A DNA stretch of 64,000 nt from an uncultured Chloroflexia bacterium (GCA_963825525.1 CAWGTN010000002.1:1440001-1504000); one strand, 5' to 3'. Positions 32,574 to 43,659 are shown, numbered from the stretch's first letter. The notes: generated from the letters alone by a model not told the origin. Numbers and translations: made by a program.

Positions 32574-32626
32574 GCCCGAAGTGTAGCCGGGGAGCGGCCG
32601 GCCGGGATCGTCCGAGCGCCCCTGTG

Positions 32627-35600
32627 TCAGGGGACGACGAGCGGCTTCAGAGCCGATTCGACCGCGGCGCTGACCACGGTCGTCCCGCCCAGCACGACGA
32701 TCCGCTTCAGGTTGAGCCGATCGAGCTCGGCGCGCACGTTGGACGGCAGGTAGGTGCCGGGCACGAGAAGCAGCGGGCCGTTGGCATGGCCGGCGGCCGC
32801 GGCGCCCGCGAGGGCATCGGCGAAGCCATGCCCGGTGGAGACGTATCCGACCGGCACGCCCGCTGTGGGGTATGAGTCCTTGCTGACCGCGACGGCAGTG
32901 GCGTACCGATCAGCCCCGCCCAGCCGAACGACGCCGCCCGACCCGGCCAGTGGCTGGACCGCGCTCTGCACCGAGGAGCTCACCACGGTGGTGCCGCCGA
33001 GGATCACGATCCGCTGCGGGTTGAGCCGATCCAGCTCGGCGCGCACGTTGGACGGCAGGTAGGTGCCAGGGACGAGAAGCAACGGGCCGTTGGCATGCCC
33101 GGCGGCCGCGGCGCCGGCCAGGGCATCGGGGAATCCGAGCCCGGTGGCAACGTAGGCGACCGGCACGCCCGGTGTCGGGTAGGTGTCCTTGCTGATCGCG
33201 ACCGCGGTCGCATAGCGGTTCGACCCGGACAGGCGGTCAACGCCGCCGGAGCCGGCGAGCGGCTGGAGCGCCGTCGCGACGCCGCTGCTGATGACGTTGG
33301 TACCACCCAGGACCACGATCCGCTGCGGGTTGAGCCGATCCAGCTCGGCGCGCACGTTGGACGGCAGGTAGGTGCCGGGCACGAGAAGCAGCGGGCCGTT
33401 GGCATGTCCCGCGGCCGCGGCGCCGGCCAGGGCATCGGGAACCCAGCCCGGTGGCCACGTAGGCGACCGGCACGCCCGGTGTCGGGTAGGTGTCCTTGCT
33501 GATCGCGACGGCGGTCGCATAGCGATCAGTCCCGCTCAACCGAACGACCGCGGAGGTGTAGCGCGCGACCAGGGACACGTTCCCCGTCGGCACCGTGAAG
33601 TTCCGGGTGCGCGACGTGTTGCCGTCGGACCACGACGAGAAGCGGTGCAGGACCCCGTTCAACGTTGCCGTGCTCGGCGCGCTGAGAGCGGCCGTGTGGC
33701 CGACGATGCTCGTCAGGCTGGCCGACGTGCCATCGACCAGGACGGCGGCGCCCGCCGGCTGGCTGGTCAGCGAGACGGTCGCCGACTTCGGGTACAGGTA
33801 CACCGAACGCGAGGCGGAGAGGCCGCCGCTGTCGGTGGCGGTCAGCGTGAGACGCAGGTAGGACGGCCATTCGTGATCGGGTCCGCTGAACGAGATGTTC
33901 GACCCGGTCCCGGTCTGGACCTGGTGGGCGTGGCAGTTCACGCCACCCGGGCAGTGATTCATGACCAGCGTCCAGGACAGGTCACCGCCGGACAGGGTGC
34001 CGTCCTGCGCATCACTTCCCGACCCTGCCACGACCATGCTCGAACCGTTCGACCAGACCCGAGATCCCGTCGGGGCGATCCCGCTCGACGGTGGACTGGC
34101 GGTCATGAACGACGGCGGCGGGTTCCAGGTCGTGGCGCCGACCTTGACCGACGAGATCGCGACCGACGGTGGCGAGTTGCCTGGCGAGATGACGATCGGC
34201 GCGCTGACCGACGAGGCGCCCAGCGCGTTCGTCACCCGCAGCCTGACGGTGATCGACCCGGCGGACGAGTACGTGCGAGAGGGCTGGGATGCGGTCGAGT
34301 CGTCGTACTGCCCGTCGCCATCGAGGTCCCACGCGTAGGTCAGTGAGGGACTCGACGTCCCCGACGTGGATGCCGTGCCGTCGAAGTTGACGGTCAGCGG
34401 CACCGCGCCCGATGTTGGGTTGGCCGTGGCAATCGCGCTCGGCTCTTCATAGGCGATGCGGTGGATGCTGCCGGTCCCGATGTCGGCGTAGAAGAGGTCA
34501 CCGCCCGGACCGATGGCGAGGTCGGCGGGGAAGGACGAGGGCGATTCGAAGACCTCGACGTTCGCCGGATCGGGGACCCCCGATCCGTTCGGCAGCATGG
34601 CCCAGATGCAGTTCCTGGCGTAATCGGCGAAGAAGAGGGCACCGTCGAAGCGATCGGGGTAGGCGCCCCCGTTGTAGAACGCCATGCCGCTGAGCGCCGA
34701 GCTGCCCGACGGGCAGCCGTCACCAGACACCACCGCGCCGGAATGGGAGTACGTGAAGTGCGGACCCACGCGTGGACGCCTGGTCGAGCGAGGAGCACAG
34801 GGTCAGCCCGCCGAAGCCGCTCTTGACCCCGTTTCCCTCATAGCAGGGCCAGCCGAAGTTCCGTGCCGTGGAGCTGACGGGAAGGATGTTGATCTCCTCC
34901 CAGTTGGACTGGCCGACGTCGCCGATCCATAGGTCTGACGTCCCGGGCCGAAACGCCATTCGAAATGGGTTACGAAAGCCGTATCCCAGAATGCGACGCG
35001 CGTTGACATCGGTGCTGGCTGCGAACGGGTTGCCCGCAACGCCCAGCCCGGTGGCCGGATCGATGCGCAGGATGGCGCCATCGAGACTCCGCACGACGCC
35101 GGTTCCGCGGCGCGCCGACTGCGAGCGGAGTGAGCCCGCCGGTCGCGTCGGGCTCGGACAGGGCGGTGCCGGCCGGGCTCGGCGGATCGCCACATGGGTT
35201 CGCCGGGGTCGGCGTGCTCGGAAGTGATCCGCCGAACTGGCCCCAGTCCGGCTGGTTGAAGTTCGCCCCGTCGCCGGCGCTGACGTAGAGGTGGCCATCG
35301 GGGCCGAACTCGATGTCGTCGACGCTGTGGGACGGGAACTGCTGGCACCACTCGTTGACGATGAGGTTGGTCCGTGCGGTCACGGTATTCGACCCGTTCA
35401 CGCTGATTCGGATCAGGCGCCCGGTCACGACACACCCGTCGGTCTGCGACCGCGGCGGATCGGGACAGGTGTCATTCCAGACCGGCGCCGTTCCGCCGGG
35501 CGGGGCGTCGTAGGTGTAGAGCAGGTAGATCCACGGATCGGCGGGGAAGTTGGGCGACAGCTCGAGGCCCGTCAGGCCACGGTCCCAGTGGTTGCTGACC

Positions 35601-35953
35601 TCGGTCCGCAGGTCAATGACGACGGACGCCGTCGTGTCAGCCAGGCTGGAATAGACCAGCAGACGGCCGTCCTTCTCGGCGACGAAGACACGACCATCAG
35701 ACGAGAACGCCACGGCGGTGGGTTGTGTCAATCCGCTGAACACGACCTTGTCAACGAATCCGGGGAGCGCGGGATCCTCGCCGGCAAGCGTGCGGATGCC
35801 GCCGCCGCCGGTCTCCTCGCCGGTCAGGAACCCGTGCTCGGGATCGGCCGCGGCCGTTCGCTCGGCAGGCTGCACCGCGATGGTCGAGGCGAGAACCAGG
35901 CTGAGCGCAATGAGCGAATGGGCAGCGCGTCGCATTATCGAGACCGTGGGCAT
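32627..35953 (-). CDS. Secreted PQQ-dependent glucose/sorbosone dehydrogenase-type beta-propeller + PKD + 3x cell-wall-binding repeat 2; frameshifts near 35135, 34770 and 33445
   Basis: Signal peptide; [49 protein letters not shown] (PKD), DRYATA...PDALAG...PLLLV x3. Confidence 0.78.
32640..33545 (-). repeat. Three near-identical ~300-bp coding repeats (CWB2 domains)
   Basis: The block GCTCGGCGCGCACGTTGGACGGCAGGTAGGTGCC and its flanks recur three times. Confidence 0.85.
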
Positions 35954-36011
35954 GTGTCCCCCATGAGTTCCAGCCCCAACCCTAGCATCCGATCCGTCGC
36001 GCCGCCCAATC

Positions 36012-36395
36012 TCACGCCGGCTGGACCGATCCTCGCGGCCCGACGCGCAGCCGCGCGCCGCTCTGGATGGCCACCAGCCGATCCCATGGCAGGACGACGA
36101 TCGGAACCAGGACCCCGTACAGCTCCTCCGCAACCGCCGATCCGATCTCCAGGATGAGATCCGGCTCGCCGAGCACGATCGCCGCGGGCGCGGTCGTGGC
36201 GCGCACCGACTCGGCCAGGACCGACGCCGATGACGACGATCCGCGGCCGGATGGCATGACGACGATGCGCCCGGTGATCGACACCCCGTGCTGAGGGTGG
36301 TGGGGATCGATGATCAGGCCGGTGGCTGGGTCGACACCACCCCACAGGCTCAGGCCGTCGTCGAGCACCAGCGCCTCGGCGATGACCTCGTTCAC
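36012..36395 (-). CDS. Aconitase X swivel (small) subunit, DUF126
   Basis: LSLWGGVDPATG.IID.HHP..G.SITGRIVVMPSGRGSS. Confidence 0.85.
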   Translation of the reverse strand: MNEVIAEALVLDDGLSLWGGVDPATGLIIDPHHPQHGVSITGRIVVMPSGRGSSSSASVLAESVRATTAPAAIVLGEPDLILEIGSAVAEELYGVLVPIVVLPWDRLVAIQSGARLRVGPRGSVQPA

Positions 36396-37660
36396 GAGCC
36401 GCCCCACGGGGCGAGGTCGCGCATGACCCGCCCTGCAACGGCGGATCGGATGCACTCCGCGGCGGACCCGTAGATCACCGCAGCACCGATGTTGCCCGGA
36501 GCGTAGTAGGCCCACTTTCCCGAGTCGGTCATGACCGGTCCGGCAGCGTGGCGCAGGACGGGTGCCACGTAGCTGCAGGTATCCACCAGGATCTCGACGC
36601 CAGCCTCCCGCAGCCGATCCACGATGCCCCGCTCGGACGCGGCGGCCAGGACGTCGCGGCCGGTCGAGACCAGGCACTCGACGTCGACATGGACGCGGCG
36701 GCCGCCGAGCATGGCCGCGTACCGGTCGAGCTCGGCCAGCGACGCGTGGGGCGTCCCGAGCGAGACCGCGGCCAGCCGCTCGCCCTCGGCGGTGGTCAGC
36801 TCGTCGCGCGCCGAGCGCAGATCATCCATGCGAATCGTTTCGACGCGCTCGGGCATGCCGCGCTGGAGTGCCTGGTCCAGCGTGGCGGCCTCGGGAGTCG
36901 AGCCGACGACATGGAACATGGCAACCGATCCCGAGGATGCCGCGGCCGCGCCGAGCGCCTTGAGCCGATCCTCCGACTGACTTCGTGGCAGACCGTCGAT
37001 CGCGGCGACGGTCGATCCCGCACGGCGGCCGAGCACGATTCCGAGGACGGGAAAGAGCACATCGTCGTCGCGAAGCGCCGCCGGCACGTCGTCCGCCATG
37101 CGCAGGACCAGCGTCGCGCGTCTCGCCTCGGTCCGATGCAGCCCGGCATCGGGGACCCGTCCGGTGATGGCGGCCGCGATGTCGAGGAAGTCACCGTAGC
37201 GATTGGTCCGTGCCCCGAGGACGCTGTTGCAGAACGCGATGGCGTTGGACTCGCCCCAGGCCACCTGTTCGCCGAAGGCGGGACGGGCATCGGCCAGCTG
37301 GTAGGGGGCGCAGGTATAGGTCGCCCTCGCGCCGAGCTTTCGGTACCGGTCCATCAGCATCCGCCCGCGACGAGCCACGCGCTCATCGCCCCGGTACAGC
37401 TCCGGATGCAGCAGGTCCAGCGCGCCGACGTTGAGGGTGGTCGGGACGCGCACGTGCGCCTTGCCTTCGGCGAGGCGCCGCACGAAGTCCAGGGTCGCCT
37501 CCCCGTGGTAGAGGCACGAGTCGACGTGGGCCCGAGTGATATCGATCAGTCGGGTGGCACCGGTGGCCCGCGCCGCGTGAACCACCAGGCGCATCGCGAA
37601 CGCGGCACCGTCACCCAGCGACCCGTTGAGCAGCTCGCGATCATGCGAGCTCAGCGACAC
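36392..37660 (-). CDS. Aconitase X catalytic (large) subunit, DUF521
   Basis: AHVDSC, VPTTLN, YTCAPY, WGESNA, NSVLGARTNRY, LGTPHAS, DTC, TDSGKWAYY. Confidence 0.87.
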   Translation of the reverse strand: MSLSSHDRELLNGSLGDGAAFAMRLVVHAARATGATRLIDITRAHVDSCLYHGEATLDFVRRLAEGKAHVRVPTTLNVGALDLLHPELYRGDERVARRGRMLMDRYRKLGARATYTCAPYQLADARPAFGEQVAWGESNAIAFCNSVLGARTNRYGDFLDIAAAITGRVPDAGLHRTEARRATLVLRMADDVPAALRDDDVLFPVLGIVLGRRAGSTVAAIDGLPRSQSEDRLKALGAAAASSGSVAMFHVVGSTPEAATLDQALQRGMPERVETIRMDDLRSARDELTTAEGERLAAVSLGTPHASLAELDRYAAMLGGRRVHVDVECLVSTGRDVLAAASERGIVDRLREAGVEILVDTCSYVAPVLRHAAGPVMTDSGKWAYYAPGNIGAAVIYGSAAECIRSAVAGRVMRDLAPWGGS

Positions 37661-37662
37661 GC

Positions 37663-38115
37663 TCAGCCGCGCGCCTCCTCTGCCTCGATCGTCGCGATCT
37701 TCGCGACGCGCGGTGCGTGGCGGCCTCCGGCGAAATCCGCGTCGAGAAAGGCGCGAACGCAGTCCCGGGCCACGGCGGTGCCGATGATCCGCGCGCCCAT
37801 GCTCAGGACGTTCGCGTCGTTATGCTCACGGCCGAGTCGTGCCGTCACCGGGTCCGCGGCCTCGACGCAGCGGATGCCGCGCACCTTGTTGGCAACGATG
37901 GCCTCGCCGGTGCCACTTCCTCCGAGCACGATTCCGCGCTCGAAGTCGCCGCGAGCGACGGCGCGAGCGACCGGCGCGATGAGATCGGGGTAGTCGACCG
38001 GCTCCGAGCTGAAGGTCCCGAAGTCGCGGTACTCGATGCGGAGCTCATCGAGGAGCGTGCACAGGTCGCCCTTCAGGTGGAAGCCGGCGTGGTCTGACCC
38101 GATGGCGACGCGCAT
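37663..38115 (-). CDS. rpiB: Ribose-5-phosphate isomerase B
   Basis: GSDHAG, DYPD, GGSGTG, ANKVRGIR, HNDANVL, GGRH. Confidence 0.93.
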   Translation of the reverse strand: MRVAIGSDHAGFHLKGDLCTLLDELRIEYRDFGTFSSEPVDYPDLIAPVARAVARGDFERGIVLGGSGTGEAIVANKVRGIRCVEAADPVTARLGREHNDANVLSMGARIIGTAVARDCVRAFLDADFAGGRHAPRVAKIATIEAEEARG

Positions 38116-38137
38116 GCCGAGAGTGTAGCCGCGGCTC

Positions 38138-38752
38138 TCATCCCGACGTCGGCTCGAGGGGGATCACCGCGGCGAGCTCCTCCCGCGACACCGGACCGAC
38201 ACGGTGGACCCTTGCCGGCGTCACGGACAGGTCGACGACCGTCGATGGCACACCGCCGGGGACGCTGCCGCCGTCGAGGACGGCCGCGAGCTCGTCCTGC
38301 TGGCCGGCGAACGCGATGAGCACGTCATCGGCGGCCATGGTATCGGGCTCGGATGACCGGTTGGCCGACGTCGCATAGATCGGTCCGCTGCGGCGGATGA
38401 GCTCGATCGCCAGCTCGTGGTCCGGGACCCGAAACCCCTGGGTCGTGGCATCCGGCGCGCCGATGACCAGCGTGAGCCCACCCGGCCAGAAGCGCTCGGC
38501 GAGCGCCCGCGCGCGATCGTCCGGTATCCAACCGGCCGCCAGGACCTGCTCCAGGTCGGCGACCAGCATGGCGATGCGCTTGTCAACAGGCCGAGCCTTC
38601 AGCGCATACAGCGCCTCGATCCGATCCGGGTGGCTCGACGCGACGCCGACGCCGTACACCGTGTCGGTCGGGAACGCGATGACCGCGCCATCGGCGAGCA
38701 GCTCGGCGGCGCGGTGCAGCCCATCGGGCGTGGGAGGCAGCACGTCGGTCAC
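38138..38752 (-). CDS. tsaC: L-threonylcarbamoyladenylate synthase (Sua5/YrdC)
   Basis: AFPTDTVYG, K.RP, FWPGGLTL, TSANRS, PSTVVDL. Confidence 0.9.
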   Translation of the reverse strand: MTDVLPPTPDGLHRAAELLADGAVIAFPTDTVYGVGVASSHPDRIEALYALKARPVDKRIAMLVADLEQVLAAGWIPDDRARALAERFWPGGLTLVIGAPDATTQGFRVPDHELAIELIRRSGPIYATSANRSSEPDTMAADDVLIAFAGQQDELAAVLDGGSVPGGVPSTVVDLSVTPARVHRVGPVSREELAAVIPLEPTSG

Positions 38753-38756
38753 GGCA

Positions 38757-39647
38757 TCAGGCTCCGAGCTCGATCCGCACGACGCGGTCGAGACCTGCGA
38801 GATCGGGGACGATCGACGTCCGGGCGCCGGCCGGGCTCAGCGAGGCGATATCCGCCGCCTGTCCGACGCCGATCTCGAGCAGCACGGTGGCCCGCGGGGC
38901 GGCGCTCTCCGGCAGGCTGGCCATGAGCCGACGGACCACCGTCAGGCCATCCTCGCCGCCGTCCAGCGCGATCCGTGGCTCGTGCCCCAGGCTGCCGAGT
39001 CGCCGATCGACTTCGTCGGAGGCGACGTATGGCAGGTTGGCCACCACCAGGTCCGGGTGAGGAAGCGTATCCCCGGCAGGATCGAGGAGGTCGGCGCAGG
39101 CCAGCGTCACGACGTCCTGGCAACCGTGGTCCGCCAGGTTCTCGGCGGCGAGCTCGAGTGCCTCCGGGGAGAGGTCGCTGGCGATCAGGCGGAGCCTTCC
39201 GACACGCGCCTCCGACGCGAACCGGCGCGCCAGGGCCACGGTCACGGCGCCGCTGCCGGTGGCCACCTCCCACGCCACGACCGGTGAGCCACCATCGACC
39301 AGGCGCGCCTCGAGATCAGCCATCGCCGCATCGGCCAACAGCTCGGTCTCCGGTCGCGGGATGAGCGCACGGCGGTCGGTCCTGATGCGGAGCGACTGCC
39401 ATTCCTTGTACCCACGGATGTACGCGATCGGCTCACCGGCAGAGCGACGAGCCACGGCGTCCTCGAGCTGCCGGAGCTCGGGAGGATCCAGCCGCTGCTC
39501 CGGGTGGGCGATCACCCAGGACCGATCACGTCCGCTGACGTGGGCCACCAGCAACTCGGCATCGAGGCGGGGGCTCGGCGACCCGGAAGCCCTGAGGCGA
39601 TCGGTCGCGGCCGCGACCGCCGGTCCGATCGGGTCACCCTGCGGCAT
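38757..39647 (-). CDS. prmC: Release factor glutamine methyltransferase
   Basis: GEPIAYI, LIPRPETE, TGSG, ANLPYV, ALDGGEDG. Confidence 0.92.
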   Translation of the reverse strand: MPQGDPIGPAVAAATDRLRASGSPSPRLDAELLVAHVSGRDRSWVIAHPEQRLDPPELRQLEDAVARRSAGEPIAYIRGYKEWQSLRIRTDRRALIPRPETELLADAAMADLEARLVDGGSPVVAWEVATGSGAVTVALARRFASEARVGRLRLIASDLSPEALELAAENLADHGCQDVVTLACADLLDPAGDTLPHPDLVVANLPYVASDEVDRRLGSLGHEPRIALDGGEDGLTVVRRLMASLPESAAPRATVLLEIGVGQAADIASLSPAGARTSIVPDLAGLDRVVRIELGA

Positions 39648-40713
39648 CGGCGCCGATCTCCGCCAGCCGTCGCGCCTGGTCCGCCTCGATGAGGGGCTCG
39701 ATGATCCGGTCGAGGTCGCCCTCGAGCAGACCGGGCAGGTTGTGCACGGTGAGGCCGATGCGGTGGTCGGTCACCCGATCATCGGGAACGTTGTAGGTCC
39801 GAATCTTCTCGCTCCGCTCACCGGAGCCAACCTGGGATCGCCGCTCGTCGCCGCGCTCCGCGGCCAGGCGGTCCTGCTCCATCTCCAGCAGGCGGGCGCG
39901 CAGCACGCTCATGGCCTTGGCTCGGTTCTTGTGCTGGCTCTTCTCGTCCTGAATCGCGACCATCATCCCGGTCGGCAGGTGCGTGACGCGGACGGCGGAA
40001 TCGGTGGTGTTCACGCTCTGTCCGCCGGGGCCGCTCGACCGGTAGACGTCGATCCGCAGGTCCTTCTCGTCGATCTGGACCTCGACCTCATCGGCCTCGG
40101 GCAGGACGGACACCGTCGCGGTGGACGTGTGGATCCTGCCGGATGCCTCGGTCACCGGGACCCGCTGGACGCGATGCACGCCGGACTCGAACTTGAGCCG
40201 CGAGTAGGCGCCGTCACCGCGGACCTCGGCAATGACCTCCTTGAACCCACCCGATCCGCTCTCCGAGGTCGACAGCACCTCCACCTTCCATCGCCGGCGC
40301 TCGGCGAATCGCGCGTACATGCGATACAGGTCGGCGGCGAACAGCGATGCCTCGTCACCCCCGGCTCCGGCCCGCACCTCGACGATGACGTTGCGGTCGT
40401 CGTTCGGATCGCGCGGGACCAGTTGCATGTGGAGGTCCGCCTCGAGCTCGGCGGCGCGCGCCGTCAGACGCGCCATCTCCTCGCGCGCCATGCCGCGCAT
40501 CTCCTCGTCCGGGTCATCGGCCATGGCCTTCGCCCCGGCGAGCTCGTCCCGTACCGAACGCCATTCGCGGAGAGTCGCCACCACGGGCTCGAGCCGGGAG
40601 AGCTCGCGGCCAAGGTCCGCGAGGCCCGCCGGATTCGTCGCCGCCTCGGGCGTCGACATCTGGCGACCGATCTCCTCGTATCGGGCCTCGAGCTCGGCGA
40701 GCCGGTCGATCAT
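39634..40713 (-). CDS. prfA: Peptide chain release factor 1
   Basis: VHRVQRVPVTE (PVT motif), GPGGQSVN, RSEKIRTYN. Confidence 0.96.
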   Translation of the reverse strand: MIDRLAELEARYEEIGRQMSTPEAATNPAGLADLGRELSRLEPVVATLREWRSVRDELAGAKAMADDPDEEMRGMAREEMARLTARAAELEADLHMQLVPRDPNDDRNVIVEVRAGAGGDEASLFAADLYRMYARFAERRRWKVEVLSTSESGSGGFKEVIAEVRGDGAYSRLKFESGVHRVQRVPVTEASGRIHTSTATVSVLPEADEVEVQIDEKDLRIDVYRSSGPGGQSVNTTDSAVRVTHLPTGMMVAIQDEKSQHKNRAKAMSVLRARLLEMEQDRLAAERGDERRSQVGSGERSEKIRTYNVPDDRVTDHRIGLTVHNLPGLLEGDLDRIIEPLIEADQARRLAEIGADAAG

Positions 40714-41606
40714 GCCTGGCTGGCGGCCGCCTCGCGGTCCGATGCCAGGCACGATTCGAGGCTTGCAATGCTGACCTCCAGCATCGCGCGGTCCGGTGGG
40801 CGGGTGGTGAGCGACTGCAGCCAGAGCCCGGGGGCATAGAAGGCACGAACGAGCGGGTTGCCGTAGTGACGGGCGCCGAACCGCACGAGCTCGTAGGCGA
40901 AGCCGGCGATGATCGGCACGAGCACGATGCGCGACAGGAACAGCAGCGGCAGCGGGACACCGGAGCGGGGCACGAGGCTGAAGAAGAAGATGCTGATGAC
41001 CACCACGATGAGGATGAAGGTCGTCCCGCAGCGCGTGTGGGCGGTGCCGAACGCGTCGACCTCTTCCGGCGTGAGGGGTCGGTCGGCCTCGTAGGCGCTG
41101 ATCGCCTTGTGCTCGGCGCCGTGGTAGGCGAACACGCGCTTGATGTCGCTCATCATTCCGATGGCGGCGATGTAGGCGATGAAGATGACGAGCCGGATGA
41201 TGCCCTCGACGGCATTCGCCAGGATGTCGTTGTTGGTGGCTCCCTCGGCGAACGTCGACAGGAAGAGCGGCAGAAGGAAGAAGAGCCCGATGGCGAAGCT
41301 CAGGCTGACGACGACGGTCAGCACGATCGTGCCCTTGCCGAGCTCGATGTCCTCGCCCTCGGCAGCGATCGCCGCCGACCGCATGAGCATGCGGGTGCCG
41401 ATCACGAGCGTCTCGTAGAGCACGAACATGCCGCGCAGGATCGGGATCCGGATCAGTCGCCGATCAGCCGACAGCGCGGCGGGGAGCGCCTCCGACATCG
41501 TCTGGATCTCGCCCGAGGGCGGACGAACGGACATGGCGACCGTGGTTCGGCCGCGCATCATGACGCCCTCGATCAGGGCCTGTCCGCCGTAGAAGAAGTC
41601 CGGCAT
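40710..41606 (-). CDS. DUF1385 membrane protein
   Basis: YGGQALIEGVMMR, YHGAEHK, HTRCGTTF; possible in-frame upstream start at 41741. Confidence 0.88.
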   Translation of the reverse strand: MPDFFYGGQALIEGVMMRGRTTVAMSVRPPSGEIQTMSEALPAALSADRRLIRIPILRGMFVLYETLVIGTRMLMRSAAIAAEGEDIELGKGTIVLTVVVSLSFAIGLFFLLPLFLSTFAEGATNNDILANAVEGIIRLVIFIAYIAAIGMMSDIKRVFAYHGAEHKAISAYEADRPLTPEEVDAFGTAHTRCGTTFILIVVVISIFFFSLVPRSGVPLPLLFLSRIVLVPIIAGFAYELVRFGARHYGNPLVRAFYAPGLWLQSLTTRPPDRAMLEVSIASLESCLASDREAAASQA

Positions 41607-41749
41607 CCTGAACTTGCGACGCCCGGCGGGGTCGGTGACCGCCGCGATGACGAGCGGCCCGGCCGCCATCAACAGCTCCGGGACGAGGAACAGGAGGTGG
41701 GGCGCAAGATGCGCCGGCCACCGGACCGGTCGCCGACGCATCAGCCGGA

Positions 41750-41956
41750 TCAGCGCAGAGAGCGCTCCAGGCGCTTCTGGAATCGCTCGACCTGGCCGGC
41801 GGTGTCGACGATGTTCTGCGTGCCGGTGTAGAACGGGTGGCAGTTGCTGCACACCTCGACCCGGATCGACTCCGCGGTCGACCCTACCGTGAACGTGTTG
41901 CCACAGACGCACTTGACGGCGGCCTGGTGGAACTGGGGATGAATGTCGGTCTTCAT
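41750..41956 (-). CDS. rpmE: 50S ribosomal protein L31 (zinc-binding type)
   Basis: MKTDIHP...CVCG...[10 protein letters not shown]. Confidence 0.96.
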   Translation of the reverse strand: MKTDIHPQFHQAAVKCVCGNTFTVGSTAESIRVEVCSNCHPFYTGTQNIVDTAGQVERFQKRLERSLR

Positions 41957-41979
41957 GGGATCGTGCTCCGTGCCCGCGG

Positions 41980-42249
41980 TCAGGCGGACTGGTACTCGCC
42001 AGCTTCGATGCTGACGCGCTTCTTGTGTCGTGTGGCGTAGGTGAATCGGACGAGGCCGTCAGAGGTCGCGAAGAGGGTGTAGTCACGGCCCATGCCGACA
42101 TTGTCGCCGGGGTGGAACGTGCTGCCACGCTGGCGGACGATGATCGTTCCGGCGAGGACGTACTGGCCGTCACCGCGCTTCACGCCGAGTCGTTTGCCGG
42201 CGCTGTCACGTCCGTTCCTGCTGGACGAGCCGGCCTTCTTGTGTGCCAT
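41980..42249 (-). CDS. rpmA: 50S ribosomal protein L27
   Basis: [16 protein letters not shown]...RQRG. Confidence 0.97.
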   Translation of the reverse strand: MAHKKAGSSSRNGRDSAGKRLGVKRGDGQYVLAGTIIVRQRGSTFHPGDNVGMGRDYTLFATSDGLVRFTYATRHKKRVSIEAGEYQSA

Positions 42250-42252
42250 GGG

Positions 42253-42838
42253 TTACTCCTTCGACTCGGCCTTCTTGGATGGACTGCGTCGGCGCGGCGC
42301 GGCCTTCGGCGCATCATCGGCCTCCGCCGGGGAGGCCTTCTTGGCGCGTGCCGGCTTCTTGGCCGGGGCGCTCTTCGCGGCCGGCGACTTGGTGGCGGCC
42401 TTCGCTGCCGGCTTCGTCCGCCTTGGCCGGCTTGTCCGCCGTCTCCGCCTTGGCCGACTTGCGCGCCTTTGACGGAGCCGCTGGCGCCGCCTCGGGAGCT
42501 GCCTCGGCCTTCACGGAGCGCTTGCCGCCCGCACTGATCTCGTCGATCCGAACGCGCATGAGGTGCTGCCGATGGCCGCGCGTGCGGCGATACGTGGCCT
42601 TCTGCTTGAACTTGAAGATGATGAGCTTCGGTCCCGCCACGTCGCCGAGCACGGTGCCGCTCACCACGGCGCCCTCGACGGTCGGGGTGCCGACGGTGAC
42701 CGATTCGCCGTCGCCGACCAGCAGAACGCGGTCAAAGGTGACGGAAGCACCGGTATCGACCGGCAGCCGCTCGATCACGAGCTCGCCGCCGGCCTCGACG
42801 CGGTACTGCTTCCCGCCGGTCGTCACGACGGCGTACAT
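42253..42838 (-). CDS. rplU: 50S ribosomal protein L21 with Ala/Lys-rich tail; frameshift near 42420
   Basis: MYAVVTTGGKQYRV...GHRQ; tail ends ...KKAESKE-TAA in the shifted frame. Confidence 0.9.
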
Positions 42839-42942
42839 GTTCAATCTCCTGGATCTCGTGAGTGGGTGCCGATCGGGACGACTCGCCCCGTGCCAGCGCA
42901 CACCAAAACGGGCCGAGTGATCAGCCCGCGGGACTCGGAATT

Positions 42943-43659
42943 CTACCGGGCGATGGGAGGAGTGTCAACGAAGAGGAGCCGCGTTCGGACCGCCTTGCGC
43001 ACGCTCAGTGGAAGATCGAGGGCTTGCACCACGTCCTCCGGCCGGCCCGCGCCACTGGCATCGAGCTGGAGGACGGTGCGAAGGCGCGCCGTGCGCGCCG
43101 CCTCGTCGACCTCGAGAATCTCGACATCCTCGATCAACGGCCGGAGGTCCCGGCTCCCGGCATCACTCCGCCGCTCGCTCTCGCCGCGTCGTCGTTTGCC
43201 GCTGAGCTCGTCGGCGGCGAGCAATCGCACGACCGCACCGCGAAGGGCGTCCGAGCTCAGATCGTCGCGAGAGGAGACGTCGATCTCGTACTCGGCCCCA
43301 CGCAGCTGAGAGGCGGCGGATGGGAAGCCATGCCAGACCTCCTTGGCGTCGCGCATCGTGATGCCGTCCGGAAAATTGTCGCCGGCGGCCTGGATCTGAT
43401 CGATCGGCACCAGCTCGTCGAAGTAGGCCTCGACCACTTCGCCGCGCAGCTCCAGCCCGACCGGCAGGTTCGCGGCCAGCTTGATGCGCGGCCTCGGCTT
43501 GACCGCATGGGTGTAAGAGAGGGGCAGGTTCGCCTCGTTGAAAGCACGCTCAAGCTCGCCGACGAGGTCGGCTTGCCGCATTCGGAGTGCCGGATCGCTG
43601 CGGCTGAACAGGATCTGCCACCGCTGGCGTGGCGTGGCGTCGGTTGATGAGGTCGTCAT
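42943..43659 (-). CDS. TIGR03936/DUF2344 radical SAM-linked protein
   Basis: ERAF..A.LPLSY....PRPRIKLAANLPVG.E..GE. Confidence 0.78.
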   Translation of the reverse strand: MTTSSTDATPRQRWQILFSRSDPALRMRQADLVGELERAFNEANLPLSYTHAVKPRPRIKLAANLPVGLELRGEVVEAYFDELVPIDQIQAAGDNFPDGITMRDAKEVWHGFPSAASQLRGAEYEIDVSSRDDLSSDALRGAVVRLLAADELSGKRRRGESERRSDAGSRDLRPLIEDVEILEVDEAARTARLRTVLQLDASGAGRPEDVVQALDLPLSVRKAVRTRLLFVDTPPIAR

